This document shows positions 1 through 12,965 of a DNA stretch of 62,682 bases, one piece after another. The notes beneath the pieces were generated by a model. The model did not search any database, had not been told where the DNA came from, and saw nothing but the letters and a program-made list of their open reading frames with translations. This DNA is from Catajapyx aquilonaris (Eukaryota): positions 1 to 62,682 of the forward strand of contig KZ538549.1 of NCBI GenBank assembly GCA_000934665.2, written 5' to 3'. How positions within the stretch are numbered: position 1 is the stretch's first letter; every line of letters starts with the position of its first letter. Position numbers and translations under genes: made by a program.

Positions 1-780
1 CAGGCAGAAGAGACCCGTCGCTGGGTCGTCCGTGTCACTCGTTCGATTTGTAAACAGTGGCAACAATGGAAGCAGTCTCCATGGGCTGATGTTTGAATTG
101 GCCCGCCGGACAGGGTTTCCAGGTAACGCCGCTGCCTCCGCCGCCGGAAAAAAACATTCAGCGACGGCTATTTTGTCCAGCACTGTATGACACGTGACAA
201 ACCCTAGTTTTCTGACTTATCAAAGCATCTGGGGCACCAAGTGCATCAGCAAAAAATGTTTCTTTCGAGTCACTCTTACCATTTTGCAAAAAAACATGCA
301 CTTATTTCATTTACACCCTGTATGAATGTACTTGAGCATCAGTGTAAGGTCCCAAAAAACCAATCCCCTGGAAATACAGCAGGTCAACTGTAACTACTAC
401 TGCTACTTTTCTTCCTCCCCATTCTGATACTGTCATGTTAAATTCTACTTGCCAATTTGTTGATATTTCATCGTCCACAAACAACCCACCTTCTACACTC
501 AGAGAGCAAGCCATTAGAAATGTCCTGCTAACAAACTGGGATAATTTGCGACGTGCCCCCTTAAATTGAGATTGAATGTCAAACTATGTTTTTGTAACTA
601 AGGAAGTGAATAAGTTTTCCCTATTTACCATAAATGTCTCAAGGTGTACTACATAATCCAAAAATCAAATGCCACATCAAACTCTCAATGCTGTGGTATG
701 AGATACTTCATGACTAACTTATTTAACACACACCCTGACAAGCACTAGTTTAAACTGTAACAAGCAACCAAGGAACTTAC

Positions 781-3700
781 TCCCATGCAGTAAGGCTTCG
801 GCCTGTCCACGTTCCACTGCATGAAACCACGAGAAGCTCCTCAAGTCTCTTGGTGTTGAGCCACTTGCTGGTGACACACTTCCACTACCTAAATACACAT
901 ACCCCAAAAAATTCCAATCACTTCTCACAGTACAACAAAAACGTGTGAAAACAAACCAGAATTATTGGGCCTGTGCGGCATTGTCCACGGTCCCTGCCCA
1001 GCATCTCCAAAAGGGACTGAGGGAGTGGAGTCAGGGGTAGTTGGGGCAGAGTTGTGGGTGGAGTTACGCTTGCTATTGCCGATGCTATTTGGTGGAGTAA
1101 AAGGTGGTGGTGGTGGGAGGGGTCGGCGGTTTAATACTGGATGGTCTAAGGAAGGCCGAGAGAGCTTGGATATAGCAGGTGGTGTAGGTGCACTGGACTG
1201 AAAGGGAGCAGATGATGGGGGAACTGATGATGGGGGAGCTGATGATGGGGGTGCAGGCAATTGGACAGGAACAGGAGCAGGACTGGTGGTGGGACCAGGG
1301 GTAGGTGGAAGGGGTCTCTCATGCCCTCTGCTTGGTGACCCTGCTTGTCTTCCTGAAGTGAGGGTAGACAGCTGAGAAGGAGGGCTGATTGCAACGGTCT
1401 CTGAAACAGCGTTACGTCTCACATAATAAAATGTGGGCATGAATTCAACTCTGAGGATCAATGGTGCATACAGCTGTCTCAAATGGTGCAAAATTTTGTT
1501 GAGTGAACTTCCTCTGGATTAAGCATATCTAGTTCTCCTTGTGTAAACAGTGACGTTGCCTGATATGAATTAACCTCATAAATTTCTAGAGGAACAGGTA
1601 TCAACAGCCCATGTCTGTTGCCTGACCTGCTGCATTGACAATAAAAAACCCAACACCTTCCCTATTGTACAATACAATAATAAAATGAGGTAATTATCAT
1701 TATTACATTTCTCTCCCACCAAAACAATGCTTGTCAATTTTCGGATAATTTTCCTGCATTCAGAATGTGTATTATCATAACACTTGCCAGTCTCAGTTTA
1801 GTGTTATTAAGGGCAGGAGGGGAGGATGGGACACTCAAGTCTGATCAACCACACCGGCAGCCACTGGACCACTGGACAATGCTTTGCAGAACATTATTTT
1901 CCCAAGCTTGCCTATACCTCGCCTGAACCTGGCAGACAATCTTTGCCCTAAGGCCAGTCCTCTTTGCCACAGTCTAGCAGCACAATCCACACAAGATGTC
2001 TGAAATCGCTTGATCACACTGCACAGGAGGGTCCCCATCTGTCTTGCGTAGAAACCTGCCCCTTCTGAGGACAGTCGCTCCTCTGACCCTCTGTTGTTGG
2101 CACTCATCTCTCTATCCTGCTCCATTCAACCAATGAGGAAATTTTCTTCATTAAGGGCAGTTGAGCTGCACCCTAAAAAGAGGCCATTGTGCCTATATGT
2201 CAAGGTCCCAACAGTAACTTTTCTCATTCACGACCTTCTGATATCAGCTTACTCCTATCCCTCCTCTCTACTGTAATCTCTTCCCTCTTGTAAAAGATAG
2301 CCTGCCTGCTGCACATTTGCTTGGTTTACCCCTCCCCCCTCCCCCCCTCACAATTGATTCATCTGGTTCACTTTCATATCTGCATAGAAGATATCAGTTT
2401 TCCTGTTGGTTACGTGAAAACAACTGACTCGTAGTCAGTGAATGCGCATTTTTCAATGTAACTCTTTTTGCCCAAAATTCCTCTTATTGGTTTCTAATCA
2501 GGTACTAATCTAGAACAAATGTTGCATCCAATCGTGCTATACTAGACTGACAGAGTGGCCAAGTGCAACAAGTAACCAAGTGACATTGACCAAGTACATT
2601 GATATCTAATCGTACATTTTGTAAACACTCTCTATGTATATATTAGATTTGACGAATTACTAAAAAACGACTGAAAATTTTGCTCTTGCCTTTGCTAGTA
2701 AAAGCCTTGACAACACTTACTCTTAAATCTGACACGAAACTACTTCTATTGGTATTTTTAAGCATGACTTATATTAGAATTCTCCTTGCAGCCAGAGTCA
2801 CCCACATCCTTGACAGTCAGCAGCACAGTAAAAACCACTTCCTGCACAAAAACATGTGGGGGTGATTCACTTAAAAAGGGGCAAGCATCCCACTTATTAG
2901 TGGTAGTTGAGCACTTGAGGCAGGCAGGAAATGAGGGCAGAAAAGACATGGAAGGGGGAGTCGTAATCTTCTAAATTCACCCCCATTCATCAGAAGGAAT
3001 TACAATAACATCCAAGATGTGGTTGAAGGGCAGGGGGTGAGGGGGAGGGCAGGGGGCATTGATCAGCCATATAAAAGGTAAATTTTTCCATTACCTTGCA
3101 GTAACGTTTACTACAAGGCATTGTGGGTTTAAGACTGGCAAGCTATTGCTAGCAGTTGGGTTTTAAATGACTTAACAGTATTTTAGTATTGTATGGATAT
3201 GTGTGTCAGTATAAATCAACTAAGTCACTTACCTTTAAGCTTGTAGAAGAATTGGCTCTGTTTTAGCTCTGACACCACTTGACTCTAAAGATAAAAAGTA
3301 GAGTCAGTGAACCAAAGTAAATTCTTCCAAGGAGTAAATTCAAGTCATCAAATATCTATCCTGCTCTGTAAAATGACATTTTAAAAATGCCTAGTTAGGA
3401 CGCACACACTCATACTTGCACTACATTAATGGTATACACTGACATAAATCTGAGGATCAGTCATTGTGGAGGCACAGTGTGACTGAACTGAAAGGACAGA
3501 CTGGCAATGAACAAAAAGAGATATCTGAACTGAAAGAGGCAAGGAAAATAAATAATCTACCTCTAATCTTCATCACAAATAGGCTACATGCTATTTTCAT
3601 AAACTGAAACTCACACCTTATCTGTTAAGGGGGCGCAGTAGCAAAAATACAGTAAACCAGACAGCTCTGCAGCTCTAGCGGGTGAAGTGAGCCTACCAAG

Positions 3701-6700
3701 TGTTCGCACAACAATATAAGGCATTGTTGCCCCTTGTCAAATGATCCCCATCCCGTTGCCATGATGCCTTTCCCCACTTCTCCTGCCCTACATTTGAACC
3801 TTATAGACTCGCATTGTAGCTTCGCGTCTCTCCCACAACAATTGGCGCCCCTGGCGATGACCAGATGACCACAACAAACTTTTTTATGTATGCAGCGTAG
3901 GAGGATTCAACATGTCTCTGCTTCTGCAGCCGTATGGCCTCAAAAATGGTTCAATCAACACAGAAATTGCACCAAAAAATTGTAGATTATCTGGTGCAAG
4001 GCACCTTGTTAGTATTTTTCCAATTTTCGGCCTAGAAATGACCTTACGGCGAGTTGAAGTGAGAGGAAAACGGAGTTTCCGAAAAGTCCATTTGAATAAA
4101 TCGCGACAAAATCGGACATTCTTCTGCGCCCATATCTCCACAATTCTAATGCAATCATGTTGAGGATGGTACCCCTGTAAAGGCCAAACCTTGCGCAGGG
4201 CACCTAGTTCGTGTTTTCCCGGATTAATGACGTGTTTCGCTACAAATAATTAAGATCCCTACGAAATGCATTCTACCTTATTTTTGCTACTGCACCCCCT
4301 TAAGATCTATCAATTTTTAGCAAAGGGAATTATGCAATAGTGCTCAATGATGCTGCAGTCACATCCTTTCTCCCACCGTTATTTTTCCCCCAGAAGCAGA
4401 AACGTATGAATAAACCCACTAATGGAAAAATCCAAGTTCAAACTTTTTCATGAAGTGAAACTGACTATTTAAAAAAAAACACACACACACATATTGTAAT
4501 TTGCAGAATATTTAGGCTACCTTGTCTTGCCTAGTTGGCAATGGAAGTGCAGGCTTTTGTGGCACCTGCCTCTCAACTTGGGATGACAAGCTTGAAGTTG
4601 AGGAAGAAATAGAGCTTCCTGAACCATGATCATCTTCGTTCGTAACGTGTGAGTCTGGAATCTCATATGGCTCTGTTGGAGTTGGAATTGGTGGCCTCTC
4701 CTCCTACAAATGTGTAACTTTCAACCAACAACAACAAAAAAGAGAACAAGGTTGTTCACAGTGTAAAATACAGAACTTGCATGCTGAGGTATGATCTGGA
4801 GAGAAATAATTGAGGAAGAGAAAGTTAACACAGAAATCAATGCACTTTCAATTTCAGCACCAATTAGCATCAGTTTGTTGTCATGTGTATTTTCCCTCCT
4901 GCAATTGGTTCCCCTTATCATATATCAGGCTGCATGGAGTGTAAACATTTTGTGTAAATAGGGGTCATGTACTGAGCAGGTTCTGTAGAGATATGGGGGA
5001 GGAGATTTTACATTGAGCCAAAGTTAATATAGTACTGTATTTAAAGAGTCACAATATTTAAAACTATTCCATTGACTATTCCTAAGGGTTGCTCGAGTGG
5101 AAAGAGTTTGCAAAGTAAAACCTATGTATCACAGACCCTTGTACAATTTGCCTGTCACGAAACTTATGTTTGGTCCTGATGTCTTCTATGTACTTGTATT
5201 TCTGTCACATACAGTAGAAACAGGCCAACTGCATAAATTTTGCTGATCGTTAAAACACAATAAGCAGGTTTCATGTATGGGTGGTTCAAATGAACTGTAA
5301 AGTGAGGCTAAATCTGCAGTGTCTGGAAATTTAATCTACCATCGCTTTGGGAAATGATAGAGGGATTCTAGGGGATCGCTTTGAGTATAATTATGCAACA
5401 TGGGTCTCTGACGCATAGTCACCAAGATAATTAGCATTAAATAAAAAGTGCATTATCCCAGCTTATAGGTTTTGGATACTGCTTATAACACTTCCATCGC
5501 TGAGGACATTCCCTGCGACACCTAGCAGGATAATAAATTTAAATTAAATTTCATGGTAACACCTTATTTAAATGAAAAAGGTAAGGTCACGTGGAGGGAT
5601 GCATACATGCCAGGATATTTTATACCTTGTGTGAAGCACATTATCTTGGCAACTGTGCGTCAGAGACCCACGTTGCATATCCTTAAAGTGATCGCCTGGA
5701 ACCCCTCCATCATTTCCCAAAGCGATAGTAGATTACATTTCCAAACCCTGAATAGGCATGTGTACAGCCTTACAAGCCTTACAAAATGCATGGGACTGTT
5801 TCAAATCCTCCTTAGTTATCACTGCTACAGATGTTTGTGATGTGGCCATGGTAGGTGATAAGAAATGTAACCATTAGTGGAATAAAGAGGTGACCAAGGC
5901 TCTCAGTCATAAGAAGGTTTACTGAGATATACTGCAGGGTAGTGTCCCTGAAGAGGAGTGTAACTTCTAGAAGAGGGAGACAAGGAGGTTCAATTGTTTG
6001 AAAAAGTAAAAAGAATGTAGAGGTAGCAGAGAGTGAGAGGCTGGAGAAGGCCGGAAAGTGTTCTTGGAGAGCACAAATCATATGGTGTAAGTCTGGCTAT
6101 TTAGAAGATTCTTATCAGCCATCCTCTGCTGCTACCATTTTATGATTCCTCCCCTTATGCCTTCAGAACACTGTTCAGTTCACTTGAACAACACTTAAAT
6201 GATGCTTAAATGTTAAACCATCACGACTTTGTGAAATTCATCACTGAAAGCAATAGTGAACATAATTCTTCAGCATTCTGAGAAGGTTTTGAGTTATTTG
6301 TCACATGAGAAATTGCACAACAACATAGGAAAGTATCAGGCCACCACTGCTATAAACACGTACATGATCCTGGATGGTTTCATACTCGTTGTTGTCTGGA
6401 TCATCTTCAACTGGGTTTTTGAATGGTTTTGGGGGTAAAAGTGTGGTAGGAGGGGGCCTTGGAGTTGTAGGTGGGTTTGGTATCTCATAGGTCCCATCGG
6501 AGTCATCAGATTCCCATGGCTGTGGAATGAATAAACATGCGCACATGCAACATGCGAGAAAGCTCTATTGATGCATATGGATCATTATAAGACTTACCTT
6601 TTGTCTGAATGAGGGTGATCCGGGAAAATCTTTTGGAGGTTTTGGCAATGTGGGGGCTTGGTGGTTGTTGGCCAGGGTTCCTTGCAGTCCTGGGCTTTTT

Positions 6701-9700
6701 GGAATACGTGGATTCATCCGAGCCCCTTGAGGGCGTTGACCAATCAAGATGCGAGGCTTGGTTGGGATTGAAGGCTTTGGTGGTTGCTGATTGAACTTGT
6801 CTCTCAATGATGCCACTGTTGTCTGGAAGTATAAATGAGTATATTTATGTACTGCACAATCACGAAATACTTAAGAGCTTTGCGGCATCTGGTTTACATA
6901 GTGAGTGTAGCAATTTTTCAATTGGTATTTTCAATCGTGCACTTCAACCAGTGCTGAAGTTATTGCAGGCTTTCTTCCTTTCCTGAAACTTAAAAGTCAC
7001 AGCCCGTTTGTCAGTTAATTATCCATCTACATGAAACTTTATGCTTTGTGAATAACTCGAGATCATGTCAATGCACTCCACTGACGCCCCAAGCAAAAAC
7101 CCTGTACATGCAAAAACCATGTATGTTCAGATAAGCAATTAAGCATACCACTGGACTCCCATTTATGTGGCCCACATAATGGTAGACACCTTGTTTCTCT
7201 ATGAGCCTCCGTTGTAAAGTTAGGGACATAGTAAAGCCATGTATGTATATGTACGAGGTAAGGCAGGCACGCAAACTTCAAATGTGATTATCTTGAAATG
7301 ACAAAAACCACACATACAGGGTTTTGCTTGGGGTTGCTTCTCTCCACTACACACATACGAGGTGCTACTCAGGAGTTCGCGAAACGATGCCAATACTTTT
7401 GAACCGCGTATAGTGTGTCGCTTCCACTCTAGGTAGTGTTGCAGGTGACCTTTCTGAACTGCTCAGCCAAGTGGCAGCGTCCGAGGTTGAAGGGATCAGT
7501 TTCTTTGTAGTGTCATGCTTGGTGCGTTCTGCGAGGGTCCCTCTTGGGTTTGTAACATGTGTAGGTTACCTTTTGTTAGAGGTAGGCTATGATTGTCATG
7601 AAATTAATGTGTAATTTTCGACGTCAATTAACAAGAACAAACAAATAAATTTCGACTTTCCAATTGCTAGAATGATGCGGGGCCCTTATAAATTCATATA
7701 AATTATCAGAAAATGGCAGCAAATTTTTTTAGTCGTGCTGGAGCTCTAGTGATAAAGGTACAAGCTTCTGCATAATGTGGAATTGTCATTGTGGTGCTAA
7801 GAGCAATGGTTGGTCCTCCAAGTCAAAGATGAGGCCCCCCTCTCTGGGCCCGGAAATGCAAGGGCCCCACTCAGACTGCTTGTGTTGTTGATTTTTGCTC
7901 ACGCAGCCGCCGAATCTGTCTTTTTAAAAAAAATTGGACCTTGTGCTTGACCGCAAATATCTTACAAATGAAAAATACAAAATATTCATGCAAAATGTAA
8001 TTGGAGACCTTCTTTTTAAATACTGTACATGTAAGGGTGTAACATCTCAGAATGGCTACATTCAGTATAATTCGCTATTTTTATCGGAGAGCTAACAAGT
8101 GGCAATTTTTGATGGCTCTGCGAGATGATCGTTTAATAATAGTGCAATTAAGACAAGAAAAACTCAGGCATCTTGTCTATTTGCGGTGCAAAAAATTCGT
8201 CGATTTCAATGTGAGAGCCTGGGCATTACTTCCCAGCACGATAATTAAGCTATGTATTTCCCGAAAATTACCGAAGCAGTAGTAGTGGAGTGGATATGGT
8301 GTCCGACTGCTAATCGGGAGGTCCTGGAATCAAATCCCGGGGCCGGCAACTCTGACCGTGGTTTTCTGTGGTTTCCCACGGTCCTTCCAGGAAAATTTCG
8401 GAGTTGCTTCCATAATTAATAGGCCACAGCCGCTTCCTTCCGTCCCTATCCTATCCCAAAGAGCACAGTAAAATGAAAAGCAAAGAGTTCCAGGCAAAAC
8501 AAACTTCCCCCTAAAGAGCCGAAAAAGGCTGAAAATGGGGTATGAATTATTATCATCATCATCATCATTATTATTATTCCCCGAAAATTTCTGGCCTGAC
8601 CCAGCTAGATTAGGCCATATTAATTCGCGTCGTCTTCACTCTTGCCTCCTCAAAAAAGGTTATAAATGTAAGTCCAAGACTGTCCTATTGTCTCGCAAAC
8701 AAAGAAATGTAACAGACTTTTTCCAGCTAGGACAAATTAAAACGATATGACAAGTTCTATTATTATGCAGCATACGCTACGTGCCGTAGTTTGGTAATAA
8801 CCCAGGTGAATATCTCATTTTTACTGTATCTAGGACCATGGATTTATCAGTGTTTTGCAATTATTATCCAGGCACACTTCATTAGCACAGATAATCAGGA
8901 GTTCAGTGTATTCCAAAATAACTCCTTGAAACAAGCAGATTAGTGACAAACAATTGAATCACCAAGATGGCACACCTCCCAAGTCCATACGGGACCCTCT
9001 TAGAATAGTGAAAATTACAAGACAAGTGTCCCAAGTCCAGGACATGGAACTGCGGCATCTTGACTACCTATAAGGGGGGGGTCTGTTTCCAACCTTTCCG
9101 ACTGGAGTTGGCATTTTCTGCTTCTTGGACAGCTAACCCGCTGATAAAGCAATTTCAGGAAAATTGACTTGCGAGGTGTTCCCTCTTGGCGATTCAATTG
9201 CTAACTAAAATAGACATTTCAATTGGAACACCCAGCATATCATCCACTGCTGCATTCATGCATATCCTATAATGATGAACTTGATATCACGGGCTGTTTC
9301 CTTTACCAGATCTGCATTTGAGTCTGTCTGTTCTGCAGGGTCCTTCATGAGTTCCTTAAGGGGGCACTACAGTCATCGACCTTCAAAAATTCGGCTTTAT
9401 TTTTATTTTTGAAAAAAATCAAGCGTCACAATAAGCCCGCCGNNNNNNNNNNNNNNNNNNNNNNNNNNNNNNNNNNNNNNNNNNNNNNNNNNNNNNNNNN
9501 NNNNNNNNNNGCCCCCCCCCCCCCCGCCCCCCCACGATACGCCAGTGTCCCCACCTACTCGCTGGCATGAGCGCCATCAGGTGCTGCTCCCGCACAGACA
9601 CGGAGGCACTACGCCGCCGGTCCTGCTGTCAACAGCGCGTATGTGTGACACTAACTTTTTTTAAAAATCGCATTATCGCTCTGTTACATTACCCCTACTT

Positions 9701-12426
9701 TTAACTATAAACACATTTTTCTCAGTTTGCCGGATTTGGACACTGTCGACATCGCCCAGGCCACAAAAATTTAGCTACGGACTTCCCACTTCACCAGATT
9801 TATCCTCAAACATGGCGCTATCCATTGGTCTAAAAGATTTAGCCTGCTCGAACTACTTCTCTTTTAACTTTAATTAAATGCTGTCCCAAAACTGAGTCAT
9901 CTTTCTGAAATAGTAAAAAAAAAATCTAAACGATTTCAAAAATTATAATTCTAGGTCAATGGAAAACTACATGCTCAAGGAAGCCTAAGGTCCAATCTGA
10001 CGCTTGTAGGTTGACCCCAGCGTCCTAAATCATGTCGACAGTGGCCCTGGAGGGCCTGTGACACACGAACGTGATTCAGTTATAGGCGCTAATAGGTCTT
10101 TGACTTATGTACATTCATGAAAATGAAGTCCCAACTTCTTGTCTCTAGTATTTTTTTTTTGCAATTTTTTTTTACAAAACCCTTGATTTTGACTGTAGTG
10201 CCCCCTTAAAAGGTATCACTAATACTGCTTAGATTAGAACATAGAGTCCATATGGCATAATTTCTTCACTAGAATATGACCTAGAGTTCTGGACTGTAGA
10301 ATACCACTAGTTTTATTTATTTATTTATTTTATTTTTTGTACCCCGTGATGACCCTTACAGGTTCTATAGGGGGGTGGTACATCACCATTTCTCAATCAA
10401 TTTTCGCATTTAAAAAAATCTTCACTCCGGTGCAGGGAAACAAGGACATTGGGTAAGGATAGGGATTTTTGGGGAGGGAACATGGGTGCAAGTGCATTGT
10501 CAGAAAAGGGGTCATGTGCTGTTCCCCAGGAGGTTAGGTTCCCAGACACCTCCTTGGTGCAGGTCAGAGACCCTCCTGAAGAAAGTGGAAGGGAACTCCC
10601 AGGCGGGGATCAAACCTGGGACCTTCCACTCAGCAAGCCGAGACGTTACCATCTCAGCCACCACACCTCCCCCAGAATACCACTAGTGTCTAAGATTGTA
10701 TCTAAAGGTTGAATACAAATTCCAAGCCTTTGCTACTGGTAACAAAAGATATAACAGGAGTAATCTCAAATGAGTATGTTTACCATGGTTGTAGCTGATT
10801 GGGTTTCAGACCCCAACTCTTCATCAAATTCTGATGAACTCCATCCACTCTCTTCATCATCACTACTAGGATAAGTTGTGCTGAAAACAGAATTTAATAA
10901 ATGGTGTATTTGAGCAACAAAACAATGCTAATGAGAGAGTAACTTGCCCATTCATGCTCTTTCCTAGGTTTTGGTTGATATCTGTGACCAGTTTTGTGAT
11001 CTTCCTATAATATAAAAGAAACAACAATGTACATAGTTATCTGTCAAGTTAAAAATAACTCACAAATTTATCTTTGCTATCACTTGCACCTTTTAAATCA
11101 GAATCTATATTTGCAAAGTCAATGCAGGAAGGCCTAGCTTTACTCCACATCCTATCCCTTCTGATTACAACATTTCCTCAAGAGTGACCTCACACGCCAA
11201 CGCTAAGTTGAAGAAAAAAAACTACGAACCTTATGTTTTTTATTTTCAACTCCCGTGTCCACCTCAGCAGCTTGTCCTCAGTAAGCTCCTGACAGGAGAA
11301 TTAAGTGAGGGCTCAGACTGTATAATCATATCGTTACACTGTTATATGACTTGGCTGCAAGTCCCTTATCAACCAACTTACAAGGAAAGAATATCCGTTT
11401 ATCTGGTGCTTCCTAAATGCCTCTGCGCAGTCGCTGAGGTCATTCTGAAAAACAATGCAGTACGTTTTTATGGCAGTAGTTGCAATAAATTAACATAAGA
11501 TAACACACGACAAAGAATGGATAAGCATTTGAATCACTATCTACTATTTAAAAAATCGTTTCATTAACCAAACTTTCATTCAATTGGCAGTTACATGCAC
11601 TGCAGTTTGGTAATTTTTGAATTCAACCTTGCCCCCATGACCAGGGCATTCATGAATTGCCATTATCATATCTGTTCCTTTATGTTTCCCCATATCAGTC
11701 ACATTATTTCAGTGCAACCTGATAGCTAGTTTCTTCTTGACAACCCATGCCATCCATGAATGGGCCTATGGCAAAAGGGAACCAACAGGTGGTAATGAGT
11801 ATTATCACATTATTGGAATAAACATCTTAACCTGTCAAATCCTAAATTCTGAGAAATGGCAGTACCTATATGACTGGATCATTATAAGGACCAGTTGCAT
11901 GAATTGATGATAAATCCAGAACAAGTGGTTGATCCATGTTACGTCACATAGGATCCCACAAATAGGCCAAGATTTGACGAATTCAGTAACAATGTTTGTG
12001 CAATATTTACTTTAATACTGGCTTAGTACATGCTATACAAGACATAAATTACAACCTTGCCCATGCAGCTTTCACGATATACTTAGCCCGTACTTTCTCT
12101 GTAAGTTGATATTCTACTCACAATAAATTGTCCTGAGTCAAGCAACATCTAATTAAAACTCACAAGAAAATATGTGCTGATAATTTTGATTGCCATTAAT
12201 ACTCATGAGTAGCCTACTAATTAATATGTCAATTGCAATGCCAGGGCGCAGGCGAGACTTGCAATATATATATAAAAAAAACGGTGTGACTAGCCCAGTA
12301 ACCCTAGACCTCTACTAGAGCAGGGGGGGGTTGTACCTTTTGCAAGAGAGTGATGACCTCATCTTCTCCCCATCCCTTGACATCTTGCGCGCGGGGAAGG
12401 AACCTGCCGGCCGACGAGCCCAACAT
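781..12426 (-). CDS. SLP-76/LCP2- or BLNK-like adaptor (SAM, acidic Tyr motifs, Pro-rich, start of SH2); 3' end lies beyond the window start
   Basis: Phase-consistent exons 12426-12337, 11444-11382, 11288-11230, 11004-10948, 10880-10784, 6822-6598, 6519-6364, 4703-4521, 3284-3233, 1400-957, 888-781 (about 511 codons). N-terminus MLGSSAGRFLPRAQDVKGWGEDEVITLLQKNDLSDCAEAFRKHQINGYSFLELTEDKLLRW...RKITKLVTDINQN is SAM-like. Then ESGWSSSEFDEE, YEIP/YETI/YEIP, a long Pro-rich stretch, and SWFHAVERGQAEALLHG (SH2 start). Confidence 0.85.
3629..4299. mobile_element. Non-autonomous DNA transposon, TTAA target, Kolobok-like
   Basis: 21-bp TIR GGGGGCGCAGTAGCAAAAATA / TATTTTTGCTACTGCACCCCC (1 mismatch); TTAA at 3625-3628 and 4300-4303; purine-purine start argues against piggyBac. 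Confidence 0.8.
5317..5750. mobile_element. Degenerate MITE with about 110-bp inverted arms
   Basis: 5317-5432 (CAGTGTCTGGAAATTTAATCTACCATCGCTTTGGGAAATG...) is an imperfect reverse complement of 5640-5750 (...CATTTCCCAAAGCGATAGTAGATTACATTTCCAAACCCTG); no clear TSD. Confidence 0.65.
7087..7333. repeat. Short inverted-repeat element, possible old MITE
   Basis: CCCCAAGCAAAAACCCTGTA at 7087 versus TACAGGGTTTTGCTTGGGG ending at 7333. Confidence 0.4.
8273..8458 (+). mobile_element. tRNA-derived SINE
   Basis: A-box-like TAGTGGAGTGG (8283) and B-box-like GGAATCAAATCC (8326), followed by a body GTTTTCTGTGGTTTCCC...GGCCACAGCCGCTTCCTTCC resembling insect SINEs. Confidence 0.65.
9360..10205. mobile_element. 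Non-autonomous DNA transposon, TTAA target, Kolobok-like; contains N gap 9443-9510
   Basis: Perfect 16-bp TIR GGGGGCACTACAGTCA / TGACTGTAGTGCCCCC; TTAA at 9356-9359 and 10206-10209. Confidence 0.8.
10312..10673 (-). mobile_element. Full-length tRNA-derived SINE with target-site duplication
   Basis: Minus strand: A box TGGCTGAGATGG, B box GGTTTGATCC, (AAAT)n tail; exact 14-bp TSD AGAATACCACTAGT at 10298-10311 and 10674-10687. Confidence 0.85.
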
Positions 12427-12965
12427 TCGCCCTTCTATTTCGAACACCCTCTGCAGCTGACCACCCAACGTCACAGTCGGCCTTTCGCACTCGGTTTTCC
12501 TGCCTGTGTGTCTGTTTTTTTTTTATCGCGGGAAGTACGCCCGACTCACCCGCCAAGTCGAAACCGCAATCATTTTCTTCACAGACTGATTTTTTTGTTG
12601 CGCTCCATTCGAACGTGCCGTCTGGAAGTCCATCCGAACTTGGCCAGGTGGCACTGCCTACTCGGATATGTAGCGACATCTACCGGATAAAGACACGCCC
12701 ATCGACCAAATATCAATCGAAATAACGATTTATAATATTTGCGGCAAATAACAAGCTGAGAGGCGAGTTATCCATTTTGCATAAATAACCAAATAACCTG
12801 CAAAATTTTGACGGAGAGGCAGGGTTGCCAAGCGGTGGCTTCGTGTGTTGGCTACACTGCACCGGCAGCACAGGAAGAAGAGTAGCGTGCTTGCGTCGTT
12901 CGGCTGTCGTTCTGGTGGATCTAGATCTTCTTTGTCCCTCTTAGTCCGACTGAATCCCCTGCAAG
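12427..12965. promoter_or_regulatory. Probable bidirectional promoter and 5' UTRs (adaptor gene / SmG)
   Basis: Divergent ATGs about 540 bp apart; region is visibly CpG-rich compared with flanking introns. Confidence 0.6.

Noticed and set aside
311..514. ORF as continuation of the SH2 domain
   Set aside because: No FLVR-like motif; it ends in TACAGGGTGTAA, resembling a Tc1/mariner terminus. The rest of the SH2 probably lies outside the window.
1835..2125. 96-aa minus-strand ORF in the adaptor intron
   Set aside because: No recognisable domain or needed splice sites; possibly a retroelement relic.
11064..11104. Exon-like segment with a GTGAGT donor in the adaptor gene
   Set aside because: Its only open frame is phase-incompatible with the flanking SAM exons.
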